A stretch of 60,956 nt of DNA, filler included. It is 8 parts of 8 records of this genome, joined end to end, with 100 filler letters (N's around TTAATTAATTAA, not from the genome) between each part and the next. Parts side by side here need not be neighbours in the genome. Positions count along the whole stretch, not along the records: positions 1 to 7,564 come from SRR31147125_45187; positions 7,665 to 20,784 come from SRR31147125_45196; 6 more parts are not named here. One strand, 5' to 3'. Under the pieces are notes generated by a model. That model ran no database searches. It was not told where the DNA came from and was given only the letters and a program-made list of their open reading frames with translations. Shown here one piece after another: positions 1 through 11,059 of the stretch. A program made the translations under genes and the position numbers. Within the stretch, counting starts at the first letter, position 1. Each line of letters begins with the position of its first letter.

Positions 1-182
1 CCACCACAGTGAATGTGGGAATCGATAATAAACTCTGGTTTAAAACGTGCCTGGGTGTTAGAAGAGGCCGCTTTTGATTTACCGGACGTTCCAACTATAC
101 CCGCAATTGATGAAGCTGCTGCAATTTTGGCAGAATTGCCAATAAACTCTCGCCTGTCCATATTTTTCTCTGTTTTTTTCAT
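1..182 (-). CDS. Tat-exported amidohydrolase-family protein (5' part only, runs off window)
   Basis: Not in the ORF track. Manual translation from ATG at 182 gives MKKTEKNMDRREFIGNSAKIAAASS...FKPEFIIDSHIHCGG, with a twin-arginine motif (DRREFI) and an IIDxHxH metal-binding motif. An AAGGGG RBS-like sequence lies upstream. Confidence 0.75.
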   Translation of the reverse strand, partial: MKKTEKNMDRREFIGNSAKIAAASSIAGIVGTSGKSKAASSNTQARFKPEFIIDSHIHCG

Positions 183-215
183 TTTAATACCCCTTTGCCC
201 TTTTTAAAATTAAAA

Positions 216-1702
216 TTATAATGACTCAGGACAGATTAACACGATTATCCGGTTTAACCTGTTTTCTCTTAAGAGATAATAAAATATACTTTTATTTTTT
301 TCATAAACGACAAAATTTCTATACCGCATGGTCGTATGAAACATCTGTCTGAGACCAATTCGACCGAAATTATAAACCGGGCCTGTACTGTTGAAAGCAT
401 TATCCATCACATCAAAAACCGTTTTACCATCAATAGAACCATGTAAACGATTTCCTAACTTGACAAATCGAAGCCGGTACCATCGTTTTTGTTCAAATTT
501 CGGGATACAGTGATAGAACATTCTTATATCCATCGGATTCTTTGCCAGATATTGCGTTTCAACATCCGTTCGTATCACATCAACCCGTCGCATATATTCC
601 CAGTGATAATTCCGGGTTTTGCTAAGAATAAATTGCATGGAACCGGTTTTCTCAAGTTCATCATCTGCAATAAAATCCTGACGTTGCAGGCCACTGGCAC
701 ACAAGACAAGTACAGCTAAACCTTTCGGTGATTCTAACCGGAAATCATACTCCAGCCACTGATCACCTTCAAATGTTTTTGGGCTCCACAAGTACATCCG
801 CGTTTCAGTATCTATAAGCTCAGGGGTTTTAATTAAAAGTCCTTCCGGTGTGGTCTCTATGTTGAATTGATCTTTATATTTATCGCCTGTTTGTAAATAC
901 CATTTTTCAAGCTCTTTCGAATCTAAAAATGAACAGGAATAAGCCTCTCTCCATGTTGAATCTAGCTCAATATCAAGGTCCGGAGAATCGCTTAAAAAAT
1001 AGGCATCCCGGATGTCTTTATCAGCCGGCTCATTGCTTGCAGGCCGTTCCTGTTCATATCTTCTTTGAATATCGTCTGCTGATAAAATTGTGTCTTGCAA
1101 TAATAAATCTCTCATGGCCATCATGGGATTGCCAATAAAAGCTTTTTTGCCTCCTGAAATCCCCGGGCACAATCATTATACCCTGCAAGTATACCATTGA
1201 TATATAATCGGATTTGATGACCTGGTTTATCCCAGGTGAGTACGATATAATACCAACAGGAACGTCTCATGATGAGTTTTTCAGCGTAAACGAAAGATGA
1301 AATGCCATAATCCAGAGTGCTCCAAATCCCACCGGGTGCAAATTTGGCCAGTAATTGAGGATAACTGTGGCTCCAGTATAAACCGAATGTCATATTTGAA
1401 ACATCCCGTGCAGGATCAGCATCTGATATAAGCGGATAATTAAAAGCATTTACATCCACATCAGACATTTCCAGACTGGCAGGAAAAAAAGACAAATCTT
1501 CCATAGGCGACACCCAAAGAGCACATGACCCTTTTGGATTTTGATGAATGGTTGTTTCTATAACGGCCCGCGTTTTCAGGCTGGTTGGATGAAAACCTTT
1601 CTTTCCGGATATTTCAAGTAAACGATAAGGACCATTTATGTCTATATCTTTTTCATCCGTCAGTGAAGCATAATATGTGTTTGTATTGTTTAGATCACTC
1701 AC
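216..1702 (-). CDS. LamG/concanavalin-like N-terminal domain plus DUF1961 (YesU-like) domain protein, split by a frameshift near 1140
   Basis: ORFs 1121-1702 and 216-1172 join at a T run (AKKL|FIGNPMMAM). LamG-like WYYIVLTWD...RLYING segment. C-terminal half has YesU-like YHWEYMRR and GRIGLRQM motifs. Confidence 0.6.
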
Positions 1703-1710
1703 TATTTTTC

Positions 1711-2985
1711 CTATTCATCTTTTATACTATCACGATAAGGTTTCTCCCGCCTCATCACTTTGACCATATCACTCCAGTTTCCAAGCCAGGGTTGTCGAAA
1801 GTTGTGTGCCAGATCAATTTTTGCGAACGCCAGGCCATCACCCTGTTCCGTATCTGCTTGTGCCAGCACCTCACCCAAAGGATTAATAATCATACTGGGG
1901 ACATCAAATCCGGCGTTTACCATATATAGTCCATTATCTATTGCCCGCGCCTGCAAGCCCACCGGATTGGCACCCCAGGTGGGAGCAAAAATGATCTCAG
2001 CTCCTTTCAATGCCAGAACCCTGGCCGCTTCAGGAAAACCAGTATCGATACAAACAAGCATACCGATTTTACCAAACTCTGTTTCAAATACTGGAAACTC
2101 GTTTCCAGGACTCACTCCGCCATATAATTCTTCCTGAGGTATATGAACCTTGCGATACTTTCCAATGATCTCACCGTCCCGGTTTAACAATACAGAGGCA
2201 TTATATATGACATCCCCTACTAGTTCATTGATACAATAAATTAAATAAATAGAATGTTCTCTGGTTTTATCGGACATAATCCTGGAAGTCGGTCCATTCG
2301 GAATTTCTTCAGCAACATCCTGATAGGTATTATTTAAATGATATAATGTAATTGTTTCTGTCAGTAAAATAATGTCCGGTTTTTTTTCGGCTGCCCGGTC
2401 AATAAGCCGGACAAATTCATTCACATTTTCTTGTGCGCTGATGCCTTGAGGACACAAAAAAGTGGTGCAAATCTTCAATGGTCGGGAATCCGGTTTCAGA
2501 ACTTCATAAAAACGGATATTATCCCACCAGATTCGTCCGTTACCACTCCACTTGAGCGCCAGTTCCAGCTGTACTTTCCGCGCACCTTTTGGTGCCTGAA
2601 CGATCTTGAAAAAACGGACCCATCCATTTTTCGACTTTTCAGCCTGGCATCCACAATCAGGTGTCACTTCAGGACCAAAATCACCCTGCCAGCGAAAAAA
2701 GACCGACACATTTTCCCGAAGGCTCTCCACATTATCAGCCTTGCAATAACCTTCAAAAGCATAATAGTGTTCTGACTCTATATCTTTTACAACCGTACGC
2801 CAACCACCAAAACAATTCTTTAAATGATTGCCCCATATTTCAAGAGCGCCTTTTCCACTCTGATTGACTTTTTCTGCAAAAGTACACAAAGGAGCTATTT
2901 CAGGCCGGGTGGCAAAATGTTCCCACCCTATTGGTAGACCATTTGTATGCATTTCAGGTGGCCATTGTATCTTATTTTTATCCAT
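1711..2985 (-). CDS. Carbon-nitrogen hydrolase (nitrilase superfamily) with N-terminal carbohydrate-binding-like jelly-roll domain
   Basis: Glu-Lys-Cys triad contexts LLTET, YRKVH and GMLVCIDT, plus ARAIDN. The N-terminal ~160 aa ends in a CBM-like APKGARKVQLEL...GRIWWDNIRF. Confidence 0.85.
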   Translation of the reverse strand: MDKNKIQWPPEMHTNGLPIGWEHFATRPEIAPLCTFAEKVNQSGKGALEIWGNHLKNCFGGWRTVVKDIESEHYYAFEGYCKADNVESLRENVSVFFRWQGDFGPEVTPDCGCQAEKSKNGWVRFFKIVQAPKGARKVQLELALKWSGNGRIWWDNIRFYEVLKPDSRPLKICTTFLCPQGISAQENVNEFVRLIDRAAEKKPDIILLTETITLYHLNNTYQDVAEEIPNGPTSRIMSDKTREHSIYLIYCINELVGDVIYNASVLLNRDGEIIGKYRKVHIPQEELYGGVSPGNEFPVFETEFGKIGMLVCIDTGFPEAARVLALKGAEIIFAPTWGANPVGLQARAIDNGLYMVNAGFDVPSMIINPLGEVLAQADTEQGDGLAFAKIDLAHNFRQPWLGNWSDMVKVMRREKPYRDSIKDE

Positions 2986-4414
2986 TTAGTTTTCCAATAC
3001 TTTTTACATCAATGTCTCTTAATAACACCTCAAACGGATCATTTTTCTTTTCACACCAATCAGCCAGCCGGTTACGATGTTCCTTCAATAAGGTTTTGTA
3101 CTCTGGATTTCCAACCAAATTTATCATCTCACCGGGATCCTCATCCATATCAAAAAGTTGTTCCCGCACATGCCCTTTAGAATAGATAATATATTTATAT
3201 CGGTTTGTTCGAAGCATTCGACCTGTTACACCATATGATTCTTCCCACATGCAAAACTCCGTTTGCGTGACAAGAAAATCACGCCATGTTGTCGCATCGT
3301 TTCCTTCAGCCAATGCGCGCACACTCTTTCCGGCCATATCCGTTGGCTGCTTTGTTCCGGCGTAATCGCACATGGTGGGAATGATGTCCAGGCCGGTAGA
3401 TACCAGGTGAGTGCGATCTATAGTACCCGCATTTGTCACGCCTTTATAACTGACAATAAAAGGAACGCGGACAGATTCTTCATAGAGCACCTGTTTCTGA
3501 TTCCAATGATGGGCAGAAATCCCATCACCATGATCGCTGGTAAAAATAATGACTGTATTTTCATCCAATCCTGACTCTCGTAGCTCGTTCAGGATGCTTC
3601 CTATCTGCGCGTCAACTTTTTCCACAAGACGATTATAGATCCAGATATATTGCCGCCACTTTTCTTCGTTCCACTTTTTTGTTGGATAAATACGTGTGTC
3701 TTGCCGCTGGATGGCGCGGAGCACATCCGGTTCATTCTCAGGTATGTTAAAATTATTTGGCAATGGTGGGCATTGGTCCTTGCCTGGTACCTTTGGAAAA
3801 GGTCCTTCTTTACCCTCCTCACCCTGTGACCATTCACAGATATCATGTGGATTCACAAAAGAAGCCACCAGTAAAAATGGTTTTGTGCGTTTTCTCCGGA
3901 GAAATTCAATGCACGAATCCGGAACATCCTTATCAAGTCGACAATGTTTTGCATGTTTTACAGTAGAAAAACCATGTTTTTCCTTTTTATCCGGCGTGAC
4001 CGTCAGATGCCACTTGCCAACATAACCACAATCATAACCTGCTTTGGTTAAAATCGAGCCCATCACTTCATCGTTGGGTACGATTTGTTCGGTATTAAAG
4101 GTAACTCCTGTCTGATGCGGCATTTTTCCGGTAAACATACTTGTACGGGATGGAACACACAAGGGTTGAGAGCAATAACTTTTTTCAAACAGAACACCAT
4201 TTTTTGCGATACTGTCCATCGCCGGCGTCTTTAGATATTTGTTTCCGGCACAGCTCATGACACCTGCAAATTGTTGGTCAGTCATGATAAATAATATATT
4301 GGGGCGTTCTTGTTTCATTTTGCTCTTTTGGCTGTCACAGGCACTAAAGATGGCTGTCAAGCCAGACGCCGATACAGCTGTCGTTGAAATTTTAAGAAAA
4401 TCTCTTCTTTTCAT
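2978..4414 (-). CDS. Formylglycine-dependent (S1) sulfatase, Tat signal / probable lipoprotein
   Basis: MKRRDFLK Tat motif and FSAC lipobox-like site; RPNILFIMTDQ, CVPSRTSMFTG (CxPxR), GKWHL and FTSDHG motifs. The ORF track start at 4423 is three codons upstream. Confidence 0.92.
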   Translation of the reverse strand: MKRRDFLKISTTAVSASGLTAIFSACDSQKSKMKQERPNILFIMTDQQFAGVMSCAGNKYLKTPAMDSIAKNGVLFEKSYCSQPLCVPSRTSMFTGKMPHQTGVTFNTEQIVPNDEVMGSILTKAGYDCGYVGKWHLTVTPDKKEKHGFSTVKHAKHCRLDKDVPDSCIEFLRRKRTKPFLLVASFVNPHDICEWSQGEEGKEGPFPKVPGKDQCPPLPNNFNIPENEPDVLRAIQRQDTRIYPTKKWNEEKWRQYIWIYNRLVEKVDAQIGSILNELRESGLDENTVIIFTSDHGDGISAHHWNQKQVLYEESVRVPFIVSYKGVTNAGTIDRTHLVSTGLDIIPTMCDYAGTKQPTDMAGKSVRALAEGNDATTWRDFLVTQTEFCMWEESYGVTGRMLRTNRYKYIIYSKGHVREQLFDMDEDPGEMINLVGNPEYKTLLKEHRNRLADWCEKKNDPFEVLLRDIDVKSIGKLNG

Positions 4415-4439
4415 ATTTAACAATCTCTATAGTTAAAAC

Positions 4440-7400
4440 TTAAAATCTGGCTGGGGGTGAGACCATTTGTATCCTATCCCATGACTGGCCGATTGCTCTA
4501 AACTCTGCCAGTTTATCCAGTTCAAGTGCTTTTTGATAATACAGCATAGATTCTTCCTGTTGCCTAACACTCTCTAAACTTTTTGCTTTTAAAATATAGG
4601 CTACAGGTAAATCATTTTTTAAAGCGATATTTTCATCTGCCGTTTCAGTCAAAAGTCTGAAACATTTATTAGCCTCTTCTTCCTGGCCAAGACATTGAGC
4701 TGCCAGACCACGGTAATAAAAAGCGATACTTACTTTTTGCAATTTTTGATCCACGGCTTTTGTCCAGTAAGCCTTTGCTTTATCTGATTCGCCCAGCCCT
4801 TCGTAACACTTTCCGATAAAATAATGAATCATGTTATAGGAAATTTCCGGTAAGGATCCGACACCCAAAAACAGTGGCCATTCTAACGCTTTTTCAAAAT
4901 CATCCAATGCCTGATTATATTTTTTTTGTTCCAGGAATTTTTTGCCACGCTCACTATAAGAGATCGCATAGATGGCATGATTGCCAATATCACCTTCCCA
5001 TTCCCATGAATGCCATTTGCGGCTATGGATTAAACGAATGGCTTTATCATATTTCCCCAACACTAAATAAATGGCAGCCTGGAATTTAGGTGTATCTTCC
5101 CGTTCACTGACCACTTTTTGATTTTTTTCAAGAATAGTGAGACACTCGTTCAAATCTCCACCAGCAAGATACATCCTTACCAATTCGGCATATATCCGGG
5201 CATCAAGAGGATCGAGTTCCTGAGCCTTTTTAATTTTTTGAATGACTAAATCAACATCCTCACCATGTGCCCAATAGGCATTTGCTATATTTCTATAAAC
5301 TGTTGAATATCCCGGATTCAATTCTATTGATCTTTCCCATAACCGGATTGCCTCTTTTTCCTGATGTTTGGCGTAGAGTAAATTTCCAAGATAATAGCAA
5401 GCCTGCGCATCATGTGGGTATAACTGCAAAACGTTCCTTAAAACCGGAATGGTTTCCCTTCGATATGGAAAAACGCCGGTTGGATTCTTTTGAGAAGCCT
5501 CTTTAAAATATCCTTCAGCTTCTTTGGATCTCCCGTTTTGCAGCAGACAATAACCTAATGTATAAATTGTAATCGGATTAATAGTGGTAGAACTCTTTTC
5601 CGCTTGTTCCAACACGGCAACTGCTTCACTATATAATCCGGCAGACCGATAGATATTGGCTAAATCCAGATAGTATGAATCCGTATATCCGGCACACCGA
5701 TTAAATTCATTCAGCGCTTTTTTCGCAGACAATATATCTTTTGACACCAGGTTCACACGGTAATTTTCCCACAGCGCCAGATGGTTAATCGGATCCATTT
5801 CCAGTACAGCTTTAGCAATCGTCAATGCTTCTTCCGTTTTTCCATTTAGCCGGTTTAGCGTAATAAGCAGACTTTTTGCGCGAGTATTCCGTGCGTTCTC
5901 CTGCAGCGATCTTTTAAGCAACTTCTCGGCTTGATCATATGCCTTTTCCATTATTGCCAACCTGGAGAGTTCCAGAAAGGCCGGACTGCTATAACCGGTT
6001 CTGTAAGTTGCTTTCCAGAATGATTCTTTCGCTTTCCCTAAAGAGCCTGAACTGAGTTGTGCCAGGCCGAGATAATAATACGTCTGGTTACTCTTGTTAA
6101 ACGGATCTCGCTTTAATGACTTTTGTAAATGATTCATGGCACGTGAATACATGGCCCAATCCACATAAATCTCGCCTAAAAGCTGGTGTGCTCGTGCGTT
6201 GCCGGGATCACGGGTCAAAACAGTGTTTAACAAATCTTCAGCCATTGAACTAAACCCGGCATTGTCAGCTTTGATCAACAATTCCTCAATGGAAGGGGAA
6301 TCCTGTGGTTTTGCAGGAATCATATGCACTGGTGCCGCATCTCTTTTGACATCAGCCGCATACTTTGCAATTGTGTTGTTTTTTTCATCACGAACAGTGA
6401 GCACGATATCAGAGAAAGAAATGTTTTCCGGTTTTTTAAGGGTTTCAATAAAAACGTTTTGTGGTGTCAGGGATAGCCTCTTTTTCAAAAGTATATTCGA
6501 ATTGCAGGTTAATACGATTTCAGAGTTTGGGAACACACCTGTTGCCATCACTGCAAGAGTAATATCTCCATTTTTCGTGCTATCCAGGTTTACCACCATA
6601 TCACGATTAGCGTATTTAAAAGCACCGATTTCACGTATTGGATACCAATATTCCTCCATTGTTTTTGTCGCATAAGGATCTAACCATGCGTGGCCATGCC
6701 CCTGATTGTTCACATTCCCACCTGCCTGCAATTCCACATAATTACCATCATCATCAGTTTGATTCAATTCGTAGACATGTGACCTCTGATCATTTCCCCA
6801 GTAAAAGAACTTTTTGCCGAGCACAGTAAAATGATCAGCAATGTGGACAGTTCCGGACCTTTTGTCATGATGATAACATCCGAAAAAATCCTGTTGGTCA
6901 TTCATGGAAAAAAAGAAATCGAATGTTTGGCGCTTTTGATAAAACTGTAATTTATACCATCGATAATCGGCCAGTCCCAGATTTCCGGAATGCCATGAGT
7001 CGCAGACCATGCAGAGGGTGGAAAAATAATCTGAGTTTCCGGCGTGGCATGCACAGCCGCGTTAAACCAGGAGCCAAACTGGTGTTTAAAAGGTGTGGAA
7101 TTGATAAATTTTGTATCAAGCTTGAAAAACGATTTCTCAGGAAAAACAGTCACACCTACTACCCACTTCATACGATAAAGAGGCTCTATTTCATCGAGCC
7201 AGACTGTTTTTGATCCATCTCTATTCTCTATTATCCGGTAATTCACCTTATCGAGACCAGACGCACGGTGTCCGCCCGGAAAATTCCATTCCAATCCGCC
7301 GCTTTGCCAGGCACCGATCAGTGTACTTGTTAATGTGGGTTTAATGACGTGATTATATTGTAAAAAATCCCAGCCGTTCACTTTGTCAATGGCTCCCTGT

Positions 7401-7564
7401 ATCCGTCCCCCAACTTGTGGTAATATGACAAGACGAATAAATTTATTTTCAAGAATCACAGCATTGTAATTTTTTTCTTCTACTTTGTCAGTAATGACAT
7501 CATGAGCAGCATAAGGATAACATTCGATATCAAGCGTTTTGACTGGCAGGTCAAAAGCGAGCCG
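4440..7564 (-). CDS. DUF5107 domain plus TPR-repeat protein (5' truncated, frameshift near 6910)
   Basis: LENKFIRLVILPQVGGRI, GAWQSGGLEWNFP, GKKFFYWG and YVELQAG are DUF5107-type motifs followed by many TPRs. The two ORFs join at a T run (HSISFF|SMNDQQDFFG). Confidence 0.8.
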
Positions 7565-7664
7565 NNNNNNNNNNNNNNNNNNNNNNNNNNNNNNNNNNNN
7601 NNNNNNNNTTAATTAATTAANNNNNNNNNNNNNNNNNNNNNNNNNNNNNNNNNNNNNNNNNNNN
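7565..7664. other. Artificial contig linker
   Basis: N-run, TTAATTAATTAA (stops in all six frames), N-run; exactly 100 bp. Confidence 0.98.
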
Positions 7665-9478
7665 TAAGATTTTAATTTATTCGAAAGACTACGGGTTAAT
7701 TGCAAATGAATTGCGTGGTCGATACCCAAACAAAATTCATCTCGACTGGTCTTCAAAAGAAGGAAATGCCTGGTTAATAGTAAAAAAGATAAAGGTTCAG
7801 GATGGGCAAACAACTGTTAGTTTTAAATCGAAGCACCTTGCGGGAGAAATAAAAATTCCTTTTTCTGATAATGCATCAATCGAGAATATTACCCACGTAT
7901 TAGCCGTGCTATTGCATCTGAAATTCTCACTTTCTGAAATTCAAAATGCTATTGCTGAGTTGCAGCCTATTGCCATGCGTCTTGAATTAAAAAAAGGGAA
8001 TTAACAATTGTGCCATAATAAATGATAGTTATAATTCAGATTTAAATTCACTGGACATCGCGCTCGATTTTTTAAATCTTCAGGTGCAACATTCAAAGAA
8101 AACGTTAATTCTATCCGATATTTTGCAGACTGGTAAAAGTGAATCTGTTCTTTATAAAGAAGTTTCGCAGAAAATAAAAGAAAAAAAGATTGACCGATTT
8201 ATTGGAATTGGCGATGCAATTAACAGGAATAGAAATCAATTTGGAGATGGTGTTTCATTTTACAAATCAACAGAAGAATTTATTGATAATTCAGAATATA
8301 ATGAATTACATAATGAAGCTATTTTATTAAAAGGCTCGCGAAATTTTCAATTCGAAAAAATTGCATCCCTGCTTGAAGAAAAAAAGCATACTACCGTGCT
8401 TGAGATTAACCTGAATGCGATTGTCCATAACCTCAATTTTTATAGGTCTTTAATAAATAGGGATACGAAAATATTGGTAATGCTTAAAGCTTTTTCCTAT
8501 GGCAGCGGGTCTTATGAAATTGCTAATATTTTGCAAAATCAACGTGTTGATTATTTCGGTGTTGCTTTTGCTGATGAGGGAGTGACTTTGCGAAAAAACG
8601 GAATACAAACTCCTGTAATTGTTATGAGTCCAAGTGCTTCGGATTTTGAGATGATGTTGACTCATCGACTTGAGCCGGAAATCCATAGCTTCGAACTTTT
8701 TTATGAGTTTAGTGATTACCTTTCTATGAATCAGGTTTTAAATTATCCTATCCATGTAAAAATAGATACTGGGATGCACCGTCTGGGTTTTCAGGCAAAT
8801 GAGATTGATGAATTAATTGATAAGTTAAAGGGTAACCAAAACCTTCGTGTTGCTTCTGTTTTTTCTCACCTTGCTGCCAGCGATGTCCCCGATGAAGATT
8901 CATTTACAGATGAGCAAATAATAGCATTTGACAAGATTGCTAATAAACTAAAATTAGCATTAAACATTGATTTTGTTCGACATATTTTAAATACAAGTGG
9001 GATTGAACGTTTCTCGAAATCGCAATACGAGATGGTTCGTTTAGGAATTGGTTTATATGGAGTAAGCAATGAATTTGAAGAGAAGGTGCAAAATGTAAGT
9101 ACGTTTAAAAGTAAAATAGTACAGATAAAACATATTGAAAAAGGAGAGACAATCGGTTACAGTAGAAGGGGAGTGGCCTTACGAGAAACTAAAATTGCAA
9201 CCATCCCGATTGGGTATGCCGATGGGCTAGACAGAAAACTCAGCAATGGGAAATGGCATTTTCTGGTGAATGGGAAACTAGCGCCAATTATCGGAAATGT
9301 GTGCATGGATTTATGTATGATTGATATATCAGGAATTGAGGCTACTGTTGGCGATGAAGTAGTAATTTTTGGAGAAAAACCTAAAATTACAGAACTGGCA
9401 AAACAGTTAGATACAATTCCATACGAAATTTTAACTAAAGTATCTCAGCGTGTAAAAAGAATTTATATACATGAATAG
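7665..9478 (+). CDS. alr: Bifunctional MurF-like ligase / alanine racemase fusion (5' truncated, frameshift near 7998)
   Basis: MRLELKKG|INNCAIINDSYNSD MurF C-terminal part and LLKGSRNF, then racemase motifs LKAFSYGSG, KIDTGMHRLG, SHLAASD, MVRLGIGLYG, GYADG and CMD. This fusion is typical of Bacteroidota. Confidence 0.9.
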
Positions 9479-11003
9479 CAAGTATAATATATTGAGGCTT
9501 ATAACTCAAAACCACCATTGGCTATACCTTGGAGGATTAGCTCTACTTGCTTTTTCTATGTCTGTTTCTCCGTTTGCATTAAGCGTTTCGCAATTTATTC
9601 TTGTTGGTAATTGGTTGATAGAAAGAAATTTTAAACAAAAATTTCTGCAATTAAAATCAAATCCGGCACTTCTTATTTTTCTCTCATTTTATCTTGTGCA
9701 TATTATTGGTTTGCTATACACTGTAGATTGGAGTTATGGGATGCGGGATATAAAAATAAAACTTCCTTTGTTGGGAATTCCCATAATTATTGCAACTTCA
9801 GAAAAATTATCGGCAAAAAATTTAAAAATAGTTCTTGATGCATTTATTCTGGGAGTGTTTTCAGCCACATTAATAAGCCTTGGCGCCTATCTCGGAATGT
9901 TTGGTTTCGAATATATTGATATCCGCGAAATTTCCTTATTTATTTCTCATATTCGATTTTCACTATACATTGTTCTGGCAATAGCAATTTTACTTTTCTC
10001 TTTTCCATCAATTCAGAATGTGAAGTTAAAACTGGTTTCAATCCTACTCATTTTTTGGTTGCATATATTTCTTGTAATTCTTCAGGCATACACTGGCGTT
10101 GTTCTCATAATTGTTATTGATATTATTTTCTTATTTCATATTTCAGTGCGTAAGTTGAGCAAAAGACTTGGATTGGCAATTAGCCTGTTTGCATTGTTAA
10201 TAGTAGTATCTGTTTCAACATATCATATTAAAAGTATACTCGATATTTTGAAGGTAAAAGATGAATTGCCAGCAGAAGAAATTGCATTAACAAAATATGG
10301 TAATCCATACAATTTTTATATGCCTGAGAAAGTAACTGAAAATGGCTATCATATTTATTGGTATATATCCCGAAATGAATTGGACACGGCATGGGCCAAT
10401 AGAAGTAAAATTCCAATCGAAGAAAGAGATGCTAAAGGGCAAGAAATATATTATACCTTAATCAGGTATTTGTCATCAAAGGGATTGTACAAAGATTCAG
10501 AAGGTGTTCAACAACTATCGCAACAAGATATTGAAAACATTGAAAACGGTATAGCGAATTATTTGTATCCACAATTTAATCCGGTTAAAAGAAGAACATT
10601 CCAGATATTTTGGGAAATTGATAATTACATGAAAGAAGGAAACCCAACAAATCATTCTGTAGCGCAACGGTTGGAGTTTGTAAAAGCAGGCTATCATATC
10701 TTTAAAGAAAATTTTTGGTTTGGTGTTGGCACAGGTGATGTAAAAATTGCCTACAAAGAAATTTATGAAAAGATAGATACGCGTTTAGATAAAGAAAAAC
10801 AACTTAGAGCGCATAATCAATATTTAACATTTTATCTCACATTCGGCATATTTTTAGGTACGTGGTTAATTGCTTCGTTAATCCTGCCGCTCATAATGAA
10901 AAGAGAGGAAGCGAGTTCTATTGCTGTTGTTTTTATGCTGATTGTTTTTTTATCGATGCTTGCAGAAGATACTTTGGAGACACAGGCCGGGGTAACATTT
11001 TAG
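9471..11003 (+). CDS. O-antigen ligase/polymerase (Wzy_C) family membrane protein; true C-terminus probably lost to a frameshift near 11000
   Basis: Multi-TM protein with FWFGVGTGD, AHNQYL and EDTLETQAG motifs. Confidence 0.8.
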   Translation: MNSKYNILRLITQNHHWLYLGGLALLAFSMSVSPFALSVSQFILVGNWLIERNFKQKFLQLKSNPALLIFLSFYLVHIIGLLYTVDWSYGMRDIKIKLPLLGIPIIIATSEKLSAKNLKIVLDAFILGVFSATLISLGAYLGMFGFEYIDIREISLFISHIRFSLYIVLAIAILLFSFPSIQNVKLKLVSILLIFWLHIFLVILQAYTGVVLIIVIDIIFLFHISVRKLSKRLGLAISLFALLIVVSVSTYHIKSILDILKVKDELPAEEIALTKYGNPYNFYMPEKVTENGYHIYWYISRNELDTAWANRSKIPIEERDAKGQEIYYTLIRYLSSKGLYKDSEGVQQLSQQDIENIENGIANYLYPQFNPVKRRTFQIFWEIDNYMKEGNPTNHSVAQRLEFVKAGYHIFKENFWFGVGTGDVKIAYKEIYEKIDTRLDKEKQLRAHNQYLTFYLTFGIFLGTWLIASLILPLIMKREEASSIAVVFMLIVFLSMLAEDTLETQAGVTF

Positions 11004-11059
11004 TTACTTTTACAGCCTATTTTTATTCGGTAGAGAAGATAAAAGAACGAATCGGTTGA

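Noticed and set aside
7665-9478. MurF-Alr fusion as a novelty
   Set aside because: Well-known architecture in Bacteroidota.
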